Below are positions 40,370 to 48,474 of a stretch of DNA of 64,000 bases, piece by piece (position 1 is the first letter of the stretch; each line of letters starts with the position of its first letter). The notes under the pieces were generated by a model. It searched no databases and was not told the DNA's origin. It worked only from the letters and a program-made list of their open reading frames with translations. The DNA is from a virus. The position numbers and the translations under genes were made by a program. The DNA lies in IMG/VR virus record IMGVR_UViG_3300037042_003932, positions 64,001-128,000 of that record. The stretch is one strand, 5' to 3'.

Positions 40370-41587
40370 TCAGGATAACATGCCAGGAATGGTGGATACG
40401 ATTGCAATATCCAAATAACCTGACCATATAACGTCCGGTGTGTGATTAGTTGCATCCTGCACAATGAGTATATCCAAGCTATTGAGGTCTGGGCTCGTAG
40501 CAGGTAAGTAAATATCCCATAAGTCTTCTTCATACACTGTCGTACTCGAGATATTCTTAGTAATCGTCCAATCCTGGTACGTGATTTCAGTAGCATTCGC
40601 GACTGCTTGGATCTCTCCGTCAAACGTTACCAACGCAGGCAAACTACCGTCAATGGCATCGCATTTTGCGACAACATGAAGCTGAATATTCAGGAACGAA
40701 TACTCTGGGACTGGACCAAGGCTAAAGAAACCAGCAGGGTCAATTGTGAGCTGTGACACAGCGCCGCTAGACGAGGTAACTCCGCTGACAGGTATTCGTA
40801 CCGTTTGAGGGTTGGATACCGAGTCACTCGAGGAATTATCATACCCTATGGCCAATGACCGATGGAATACGTTTTGGTACCCTTCACCAAAACAAGTAGA
40901 CCCTGCTAGAGAGGTCACATTAGACCCAAAGACAAAAGAATTGTCACCCGCCGCAGCGCTATACTCACCGAAAGCAATGGCTGAGACGCCCGTTGCTACT
41001 GAGTCTTTACCGAGTGCCCAGGCATAATCACCTACCGTCGTGGAGTTCAGACCCAAAGACCAGGAGTAGTCACCCTGGGCAGTTCCAAAATCTTTACGCT
41101 GTAACGACTCCGTGCCTGACCCGGATTCGAAGAAGGTGTCTCCTCCACCGCCTGTCCCAGCAAGGGATGCTAACTCACGCAAGAACGCATACAGCTTTTC
41201 CCACCACCCCCACTCTGGATGACCAATGCTGTTATCCTGAATGGTTTCATTTAGGGCAGGCAGGCAGAAAAGCGTTCCATTGATGTCAGTGCCGATGCCA
41301 AAGTACAGAGAGTCAACATCCTCGTCAGCCGACCCCGGATTAACAGTCAGCTTCGCAATGTAACCACCGTCGATCTCCGCAGAGAACGTAGCAGTCTGCG
41401 AGGTTGTTCCTCCGATGATTACATTCGACCCTGGGGGTTGAATCACTTCCCACAGGTACACGAGGCCAGCGTTCTCGGCTTCGAACTGTACATCTACGGA
41501 CCCAGAAGTAGGAAGGATGTCCCGACGAGCATAACCAAAGGTGCCCGTGGTCGATTGATTGATTCTGAAGCGAGCAAGATTTGCCAT
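40370..41587 (-). CDS. Fibre/adhesin with PKD-like domain and YadA-head-like 14-aa repeats
   Basis: YLWEVIQPPGS..G.Y...LTV; AQGDYSWSLG / TVGDYAWALG / ATGVSAIAFG / AAGDNSFVFG repeats. Confidence 0.7.
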   Translation of the reverse strand: MANLARFRINQSTTGTFGYARRDILPTSGSVDVQFEAENAGLVYLWEVIQPPGSNVIIGGTTSQTATFSAEIDGGYIAKLTVNPGSADEDVDSLYFGIGTDINGTLFCLPALNETIQDNSIGHPEWGWWEKLYAFLRELASLAGTGGGGDTFFESGSGTESLQRKDFGTAQGDYSWSLGLNSTTVGDYAWALGKDSVATGVSAIAFGEYSAAAGDNSFVFGSNVTSLAGSTCFGEGYQNVFHRSLAIGYDNSSSDSVSNPQTVRIPVSGVTSSSGAVSQLTIDPAGFFSLGPVPEYSFLNIQLHVVAKCDAIDGSLPALVTFDGEIQAVANATEITYQDWTITKNISSTTVYEEDLWDIYLPATSPDLNSLDILIVQDATNHTPDVIWSGYLDIAIVSTIPGMLS

Positions 41588-41610
41588 CGATACTTATTCT
41601 CCGCTATTGG

Positions 41611-42795
41611 CTATGGAGCCATCGGTGAATTAGGAGAAACAGGCTTTCCTCGAAGCATTATAGCGTCTCGAGACGGCGGTGTCTCTTTGTATGAGTCCAA
41701 CAAATCCTGGTCGCTGGCCGACAACGTCTGTGGTCCACTCCCACGCGCCTCTTGAGCCGAAACAAATCCTTCATCCAGTCTACGAGCGTTCGCGTCAGAA
41801 ACTATCGATACCGTCTGCTGATTCGGGGTCATCTTGGACAAATCATCGAAGCTAGTAGCCTCAGGCATCTGCGCTTCTTGTTCGTTGATCTCAGCATCTT
41901 TGGACGCTTGTGTAATCGTAGCCATATACGACGCGTCTTCACGATTAAACTGCGTATTATAGAAATTGTCATAGTAATCTGGCAGCTTAGTAGGCACGTT
42001 CTTCGACCCGCGAAGAATTGTGCGCGACCTTACCAAGAAGTTAAACGAGAAAGCTGTGAACAATTCGTTCGAGGATGCCAGATCCCAGCGGAAGTTGAGC
42101 ATACACCCACCGACGATCAGTGAGTCATATCGAAGATGAAGCAACAGCCCACGTTTAGCTAGCTGTGAACCTCTCCCGAGCTCTGAGTACAGCCGAAGCA
42201 TGTTCATGGTCCAGTCATCCTGGTATGTGTTCATCAGGATGCCACTGTAAGACCACGTAGGAGCTCGCTGACCAAAAAAGAATACCGCGTAATTATCCTC
42301 CAGGACCTCAGACACCTGGTACTTCTCGTCCAAAGACTGAGACACACCCTGAAGAACAAAATCGATGTAGCCTTTTCCGGTGTTCTCGCTTCCGGATGAC
42401 TCTCCCAAGAGACGTCTAGCAACTTCAACCAGCTGCGGGTCTTTTCTTCGTTTCAGCCCTTCAATTATTCGGTCTACGGCTTGAGGGCTACCCACGGGGA
42501 TGTACATCCTCGCGAGATTATGTAACCGACCTGCTGTTGTGTGTGAAGGATGACGCGCATACTTGGGCGTCATCATGGGGAAAGCAGAGTAAACTCCAGT
42601 CGCTAACTCAGGGTAACCACCAGCAGCATTCGCTCCTACGCCACGGTTGAGTGGGTCATAAGCGTTGTATCGCTCAGTCAACGAACCGCTGGTGACACTC
42701 TTGCCAGTGTTTACGTACTCGTAACGCCCAACGATGCCCGTGTTCTCAAACTGAGAAGTACTGGAGGAGCCTGACTGATTGGAGTTGTCTGCCAC
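41611..42795 (-). CDS. Tail tube initiator / baseplate-proximal structural protein (putative)
   Basis: Position just after the tape measure; LQGVSQSLDEKYQV..FFGQRAPTWSYSGILMN pattern. Confidence 0.5.
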   Translation of the reverse strand: MADNSNQSGSSSTSQFENTGIVGRYEYVNTGKSVTSGSLTERYNAYDPLNRGVGANAAGGYPELATGVYSAFPMMTPKYARHPSHTTAGRLHNLARMYIPVGSPQAVDRIIEGLKRRKDPQLVEVARRLLGESSGSENTGKGYIDFVLQGVSQSLDEKYQVSEVLEDNYAVFFFGQRAPTWSYSGILMNTYQDDWTMNMLRLYSELGRGSQLAKRGLLLHLRYDSLIVGGCMLNFRWDLASSNELFTAFSFNFLVRSRTILRGSKNVPTKLPDYYDNFYNTQFNREDASYMATITQASKDAEINEQEAQMPEATSFDDLSKMTPNQQTVSIVSDANARRLDEGFVSAQEARGSGPQTLSASDQDLLDSYKETPPSRDAIMLRGKPVSPNSPMAP

Positions 42796-42798
42796 TAT

Positions 42799-43059
42799 TT
42801 ATTGCCTCGTCTGAAATTGTACGTCTGAAGAGTAGTCGGCTACGTCCATCAGCGAAGTCTCGTTAACAATGGTAAACGCTGTAGAAACAATAGGCGGTCT
42901 CATAGAGGGCACGTCATACGCGAAGGTTTTTCGTAGACTCGCCAGCATTGTATCGTTGACATGACGCAGCAAGAACTCCGCACGCGGCGGGATTTTCTTT
43001 GTTCTGGGGGTTGCAGGCTGTGTAACCTGCGACTGGATAAGCTGGATGTCGGTAATCAT
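42799..43059 (-). CDS. Small hypothetical protein
   Basis: Fills the gap between the tape measure and the next gene. Confidence 0.55.
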   Translation of the reverse strand: MITDIQLIQSQVTQPATPRTKKIPPRAEFLLRHVNDTMLASLRKTFAYDVPSMRPPIVSTAFTIVNETSLMDVADYSSDVQFQTRQ

Positions 43060-43065
43060 CTAGTA

Positions 43066-46000
43066 TCACCCGTCCGTTGTGTTACCTTGGGTTTGCGGAT
43101 TAACTTGTGCGTTCTTCTCAGCTTGTTGACGCGCAAACGCTGCGAGGGCTTTTGCACCAGTAGCGAAGTCTTTGGTCGCAGGAGCAAAATTCTCAAACGC
43201 TCTTTCCATAGAAGCAGCTACCGAGTCAATAGCAGCCATGGACCCAGCTAACTGGTCCGCTTCAGATCCCGTAGCCTCGAGCATGCTGATATCTTTACCA
43301 GCAGCACCCGTGGCACCCGCGACTCCCTCTTTTTCGAAAGAAGCTTTAGCCTTCTCCATCTCGCCCGAGGAATCCATCTTCTTAGCCGCTAAATACCTCC
43401 TAGCGGCTGCTGCTTGTCGCGGGTTAACACGCTCTATGGCCTTTATATCCACCTCGGTAATGTTAGCCAGTTTATCTCGACCAAAAGATGTACCCGTGAA
43501 ATCTGAAGTTAGCGCATCACCCATAGTTTCAATCGCGGCGTCAGTTCTTTCAGATACCTTTATAAGCTGTCTCCCAAGAGTCTCAGAAGTACCACCTATA
43601 GATCTGTTATATTCTCCGGCTCTACGGAGTTGTGCTTTAGCTTCCGCCGAAATAATCGTCTTACCGTTAGAGTCAGTACCTAACGCAACTTCCTCTAGCG
43701 TCTTGTCAGCCATAGCCTGTAACTGTTTAGCTGTAGCCTTAGGATTCTCCCGTTGCAGAGTGCTTATAAGTAAAGCTCTGTCTTTTTCGGTAGGTGTGCC
43801 CGCGCTACCACCATAAACTATACCCATAGCTACTTGCTGAGCTGCTGATGTCCCCAACAAAGAATCCTGGAGTGCTTGGGAATCTGTCCCGAATAAACCT
43901 CCACCCTGTATAGCAGAAAGAGAGAAGTTAATCGACTCTTTGGTATCTCGTATCTTTTGTTGAACATCTTCAAGATTACCCATTCCAGAACCCGTATTAA
44001 ATTCAGCTTCGCTAGTGGCTAAAATATTGGCCCCCTTCTCATTAGCCGCTACATCCTTGGCAAAGCGCACACCTCCACCTGTAATGGCAGATTTATCCTC
44101 AGTCGATAACGTATCATAAAACTTCTGAGCTGCGTTCCACGCCCCCGTTGGATTCGTTTTGACCATAGCCGCAAACTCAGGTTTAGCGTTCATCAATTTC
44201 TTTATCGCGAGGTTTCGTACATCCTTAGACGTCACCTGACCATTGAACCCTACTCGCGTATACTTACTCTCAGCGTAGCGACCAACATCATGTCCTAAAC
44301 CCATAATGAAATTCGTGCTGTTAATGCCTAATCTCTGCGATAGCGCCTCTTTAGCGTCCATTGATTTTTCATCTGACGCTAAGGTGTTAGCTTTATTGGC
44401 GTCTACGTATACCGCCCCCGCTTCTTTCCTGGCAGCTGCTGCTACTTTCTGTTGGTTGCGAATCTCATCAGGCGACAACCTCTGCTTCATAAGCCAACCC
44501 ATGCCTTTTTCCGCTGTGCCGTAGTCAATGTCAGCCCCAGCCACAGCCAAAGCTACACTCGCACCGCCAGAAGCAAAAGCTATAGGGATATTCGCCAATG
44601 GAGAAACCACACGTAACGCTTTCTCACGCCACCCCATTTCTCCCTGGTTATCACCTCTAGCTAAGAAAGCAGCGTCACGCCAGACATCAGCACCACTACG
44701 CCCCGAAGGGTCAGACGAGGTAATAGACATACCCTTGGTCCCACGAACACGTTTTCTGCTAGCCCACGCGTCTACTTGGGAAGTAGAAAGACCTCCGTAG
44801 GGAGACTCACTCACATAATAGTCCCCACGCTCCCGAGCTTCTTCTTTTCGCTTAGTGTCAGCCCAACTCTCAGTAAGAGCACCAATACTCCGTCCGATCC
44901 CAAGTCCACCACCAGTGCCAGAACCAACCATGTTTCCAACAGTTCGTCGGACGTCATCCCACATGCCCGGCGTTCTATCTTTGATATCTTTGTACTGCTG
45001 ACGCGCCAACTCATCACGTTGCCGGTGATTACCTTCGCGTAACGACTTCCAGAACTCAGGACTAGATGCCATCTTCAGCATATCCGACGCCACTTCACTT
45101 CCGTACATCTTCGTAGCGCCAACAGCAAAAGCTCCAGCTCCCTTCAAGCCGAATTGCTGCCCTAGGCTCAAAGCACTTTGATACCGCATGGCCATCTGTT
45201 GTTCTGGGGACATCGACCTGGAAATCTCGTCGTTCATATCCCGAGACTGCAAGCCATAGAGAGCCAAAGCACCAACACCACCACTCTGAGCAGCACGAGC
45301 GAGATTGTTCGCCGCGCCCATCACAAAGCCTGTAGCTCCACCACGACCACTCATCTGACCTGCCATCTGGCCGTAGTTCACACCCCAAGAGCCATTCTGG
45401 AAGGACGACATCGAAGCCCCAACGATGGGCATCGACATCATCGCCGCTTGGGCTTGCATGTTTCGCTGAGCCACACCAGAAACACCACCACGAAGAGCCA
45501 GTTCTGCGGGACTAAACACACCAGCAGAGACAGCCTGCTTCGCAGCCATAGCCGAAAACATCCCAAAGTTCATACCCGAAGCTCCGGATAAGCCCATCCC
45601 CTGATACAGCATGGAGCCCGCGCCACCGGCCTCCATAATTCCTTCGATAGTTGTACCTGCAGAACGCGAGTACCTGCGCATATTTCCGGCAGCAGCCGTC
45701 ATGTCGTTCATAGAGAAACCCATGTTCTGCATGGACGCCATTCTACGAATAAGGCTATTCATATCAGGATCGTTAGTCAGCTCCATGAACTTCTTAACGC
45801 TGATCGCAGCTTTTCGGAGTTGCTCCTTAATCTGGTCAGTGTTCTGCGCGAAGTCCATAAGCCCAGCCTGTCCACCTGTGGATAACATCTGCATCATGTC
45901 GCCACGGGAGAACATGCCTCCGGTCTGTTGCTGGAACGACCGGCTATCAACCATATCCATGATTCCCGTAGCTAATTGACGTGATGCTCCACGAGTAAGA

Positions 46001-46782
46001 CCCATCCCCGACTGATGCAGCTGGGAACCACCAACCACAAAGTTCTGGGACATGTGCTGGATACCAGCTCCCATCTGTCGAGCTTCCAACTGTGGACGGA
46101 AGGGCATCATGGCAAGGTCGCCCATACCCCCTGAGAGACCCGACACTCCTGCCCCTATCATACCGATAGCCGCGCCCAAGAGTGGCGAACCCATACGCCC
46201 ACCCATGGCCGCTCCCGCAAACGCACCTATCCCATACCCAGCCATGTTACCGCCTGCTCGAGGCGCTTGCATCGCGTAGCTGTAAATAGCATCTGCTCTG
46301 TAATCCCTCTGGCGCATCTCCTGGTCCCAGGCTGTCTGGAACATCGGCCTGGGAATTTGCGGCGTAAAGGGAGTCTGGATGAGCGGCATCGAGTACATCG
46401 GGGGAATAGGAGCATAATTCGCACTCTGCATAGGTGGACGGAAGACGCCCATGCTCGCAGGAGTCATCATGATGGGTGAGGGTAAGTTCATCTGAGGACT
46501 ACCCATAGCCCCACCCATCATGTTGGCCATGTACGGGTTAAACGACTGCATCGACTGTGCAGCAGAGAACTGGTGCTGGAACTGCTGACCAAAAGCCATG
46601 AGCTGTGGCATGTTACGCGCCACTTGGGGGCCAATAGTCGAGGCGTACTGTAGATTCGCGGTCGCTTGTGCCGACAACTCAGCTGCTATCTGTGCCGGTG
46701 ACTTTATCGGACCGGCCATCGTCGGCTGACCAACGCCAGGGAACAAACCCAAGTTCGCCTGCATACTATTGAAGTCAGACAT
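43066..46782 (-). CDS. Tape measure protein (1238 aa)
   Basis: Long Ala/Gly/Met-rich helical low-complexity protein with a hydrophobic GxxxG stretch; follows the chaperone frameshift pair. Confidence 0.85.
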   Translation of the reverse strand: MSDFNSMQANLGLFPGVGQPTMAGPIKSPAQIAAELSAQATANLQYASTIGPQVARNMPQLMAFGQQFQHQFSAAQSMQSFNPYMANMMGGAMGSPQMNLPSPIMMTPASMGVFRPPMQSANYAPIPPMYSMPLIQTPFTPQIPRPMFQTAWDQEMRQRDYRADAIYSYAMQAPRAGGNMAGYGIGAFAGAAMGGRMGSPLLGAAIGMIGAGVSGLSGGMGDLAMMPFRPQLEARQMGAGIQHMSQNFVVGGSQLHQSGMGLTRGASRQLATGIMDMVDSRSFQQQTGGMFSRGDMMQMLSTGGQAGLMDFAQNTDQIKEQLRKAAISVKKFMELTNDPDMNSLIRRMASMQNMGFSMNDMTAAAGNMRRYSRSAGTTIEGIMEAGGAGSMLYQGMGLSGASGMNFGMFSAMAAKQAVSAGVFSPAELALRGGVSGVAQRNMQAQAAMMSMPIVGASMSSFQNGSWGVNYGQMAGQMSGRGGATGFVMGAANNLARAAQSGGVGALALYGLQSRDMNDEISRSMSPEQQMAMRYQSALSLGQQFGLKGAGAFAVGATKMYGSEVASDMLKMASSPEFWKSLREGNHRQRDELARQQYKDIKDRTPGMWDDVRRTVGNMVGSGTGGGLGIGRSIGALTESWADTKRKEEARERGDYYVSESPYGGLSTSQVDAWASRKRVRGTKGMSITSSDPSGRSGADVWRDAAFLARGDNQGEMGWREKALRVVSPLANIPIAFASGGASVALAVAGADIDYGTAEKGMGWLMKQRLSPDEIRNQQKVAAAARKEAGAVYVDANKANTLASDEKSMDAKEALSQRLGINSTNFIMGLGHDVGRYAESKYTRVGFNGQVTSKDVRNLAIKKLMNAKPEFAAMVKTNPTGAWNAAQKFYDTLSTEDKSAITGGGVRFAKDVAANEKGANILATSEAEFNTGSGMGNLEDVQQKIRDTKESINFSLSAIQGGGLFGTDSQALQDSLLGTSAAQQVAMGIVYGGSAGTPTEKDRALLISTLQRENPKATAKQLQAMADKTLEEVALGTDSNGKTIISAEAKAQLRRAGEYNRSIGGTSETLGRQLIKVSERTDAAIETMGDALTSDFTGTSFGRDKLANITEVDIKAIERVNPRQAAAARRYLAAKKMDSSGEMEKAKASFEKEGVAGATGAAGKDISMLEATGSEADQLAGSMAAIDSVAASMERAFENFAPATKDFATGAKALAAFARQQAEKNAQVNPQTQGNTTDG

Positions 46783-47161
46783 CTTTTCTCTTTTCCAGCA
46801 TCTCTTTGAACTGCTCGTCTGTAACAGTCATCTGTTCAATTTTCCGCATCATCCGAGCCTGCTCAGCCGCTTTTCGTACTTGATCTAGTATCCGTCGTTG
46901 TCTACTAGACTTGTACTTAGAATTGTAGCGCAGCTGGTAGAGTTCTTCCTTATACTCTTCAAGGAGCCCATCTACCGCGTCATCCTTCAGCCCAAAACCA
47001 ACTGAAATCACGCGCACAAGCAACGAAACTAGCGAGAACTTTTCGTTTTTCTCCCGTAAAATACTTTCAAAGAGCAGACGTTCTTGGAACGAACCAGTTG
47101 GTGGCAGCGGTGCATTATGCATATACGCATAAGACCTCACATGGCCCGCTGCCGAATTCAA
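46775..47161 (-). CDS. Tail assembly chaperone frameshift extension (gpT-like)
   Basis: Lies in the -1 frame of the upstream chaperone; only a TTG start inside GGATTTTTGA; directly precedes the tape measure. Confidence 0.7.
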   Translation of the reverse strand: MNSAAGHVRSYAYMHNAPLPPTGSFQERLLFESILREKNEKFSLVSLLVRVISVGFGLKDDAVDGLLEEYKEELYQLRYNSKYKSSRQRRILDQVRKAAEQARMMRKIEQMTVTDEQFKEMLEKRKDV

Positions 47162-47167
47162 AAATCC
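47158..47167 (-). other. Putative programmed -1 ribosomal frameshift site G GAT TTT TGA
   Basis: CAG GAT TTT TGA read in the -1 frame becomes GGA TTT TTG AAT TCG, entering the 128-aa ORF; same position as lambda G/GT and P2 E/E'. Confidence 0.7.
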
Positions 47168-47784
47168 TGTGGAGCGCCCTCGCCGAAGATGGCAATCATC
47201 TTCTGGTCAAAGTCAAAACAGAACTGTTGTATCTTCAAAGACACATACAGAGGTAAACGCTTGAGTAAACGAAGGCGTGGTGCAAACGCAGTCTCCATCT
47301 CTTCTTCAGTCGCGGTCAACGGGTCGGGATGCTCAAAGTAATGTTCGCCGTATCGGACCAAAGAGGCTGCGGTGTTGTACCTGTTCAAGAGCTCCTGAAC
47401 TGCCGTGGCATACTCAGGTCTCTCGTTATCCAGCATCCGTTGAGCACGAACCATATCATCGTAGACACGAGTTCTCAGAGTAAGAGTGGCTGGTCCGATC
47501 TTGAAGCTCTCTTCGTAATAGCCTTTGGTGACCATCTGCTCCATTACGTGCCGAGATTCTTTGATATCGATCTTCAGGTCAGCGAGACTTTTGAGATACC
47601 GCTCTTCCGGGGATAACACCTTCTCTTCGCCATCTGGGTCTTCTGGGGGTGCAATCTTGGCAATCTCTTCGAGGGACGCTTCGATTTTTTTACTCTGTAA
47701 AGCACTCGTGCGCGGGGCGTTGTCTTTAGGACCCACAAAGTTAGCACCGATAATAGGCATTCCGTCTTTCGTCGCGCCTGGCAT
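47158..47784 (-). CDS. Tail assembly chaperone (gpG-like)
   Basis: First gene of the operon; RBS GAGG; ends ..QDF* on a slippery site. Confidence 0.7.
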   Translation of the reverse strand: MPGATKDGMPIIGANFVGPKDNAPRTSALQSKKIEASLEEIAKIAPPEDPDGEEKVLSPEERYLKSLADLKIDIKESRHVMEQMVTKGYYEESFKIGPATLTLRTRVYDDMVRAQRMLDNERPEYATAVQELLNRYNTAASLVRYGEHYFEHPDPLTATEEEMETAFAPRLRLLKRLPLYVSLKIQQFCFDFDQKMIAIFGEGAPQDF

Positions 47785-47869
47785 TCATCACCTCTTTGTA
47801 GCTGAATGTTAAAACTGGTAATACCATATCTTTTTTGGTATAAAAAGCAAACACTCCGAGGTCGTTGTA
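47785..47869. promoter_or_regulatory. Divergent promoter region between tail operon and DNA-metabolism genes
   Basis: AT-rich; extended -10-like TGGTATAAA on + and TGGTATTAC on -; palindrome TGGTAATACCA at 47816-47826. Confidence 0.55.
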
Positions 47870-48451
47870 GTGGAAATAAGTCAAATCAAAAAGTGCACAC
47901 TCTGCCCTGAACTCGTGGCTAATCGAAAGAACGTAGTAGGTCTAGAGGGGCAATGCCCAGCTGAAATTCTTTTTCTTACGAATGCCCCGCGATCTAGGGA
48001 AGACACGCAGAAACGTCCACTCGCTGGGCTGAGTGGAAAGTTCTTTCGAGAGATTGTCGGATTCCTAAAGATAAACGAGCATTACCGCATAGCCTACATG
48101 CCTGTCGTCATGTGCATCCCACCAGAACGATTACCCACAGACCAAGAGATAACCAACTGCAGCACCAACGTCCAATCCCTCATACGTGCAGTTAAACCAA
48201 AGGTTGTGGTTGCTATGGGAATCCATACGCACAGTTTTGTTCTGGGGGTTCCTCTGCATAACATCCGTCCCACCGAGAATTGCGGCGAGACCGTCTATTC
48301 GAACTTCAACGGAGCCCTACCCCACTCAGTACCTGTTATCCTGACGTTTGACCCCAATGACGTTCTGAGAAATCGTATGAAATTCGAGGGGATGTACGTT
48401 CGACACTTGAGGGCTGCGGCTCGGCTCGTGTTCGTTCCTCCTCAAAAATAA
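47870..48451 (+). CDS. Family-4 uracil-DNA glycosylase-like Fe-S protein with altered catalytic motifs
   Basis: CTLCPEL..R..VV..G...AEILF, CIPP..PT..EI.NC and KPKVVVAMG; GEAPG is replaced by TNAPR and HP by DP. Confidence 0.8.
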   Translation: MEISQIKKCTLCPELVANRKNVVGLEGQCPAEILFLTNAPRSREDTQKRPLAGLSGKFFREIVGFLKINEHYRIAYMPVVMCIPPERLPTDQEITNCSTNVQSLIRAVKPKVVVAMGIHTHSFVLGVPLHNIRPTENCGETVYSNFNGALPHSVPVILTFDPNDVLRNRMKFEGMYVRHLRAAARLVFVPPQK

Positions 48452-48474
48452 CCACGGCTAACAAGGAGAATTCA

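Noticed and set aside
1507-41587. Diversity-generating retroelement or shufflon acting on fibre genes
   Set aside because: No reverse transcriptase or invertase was found, all fibres are co-oriented, and no TR/VR pair was noticed by eye. This search was not exhaustive.
1507-47784. Bacterial eCIS/tailocin or T6SS locus rather than a phage
   Set aside because: It is flanked by phage-type nucleotide-metabolism genes and many small coupled accessory ORFs, with no host context.
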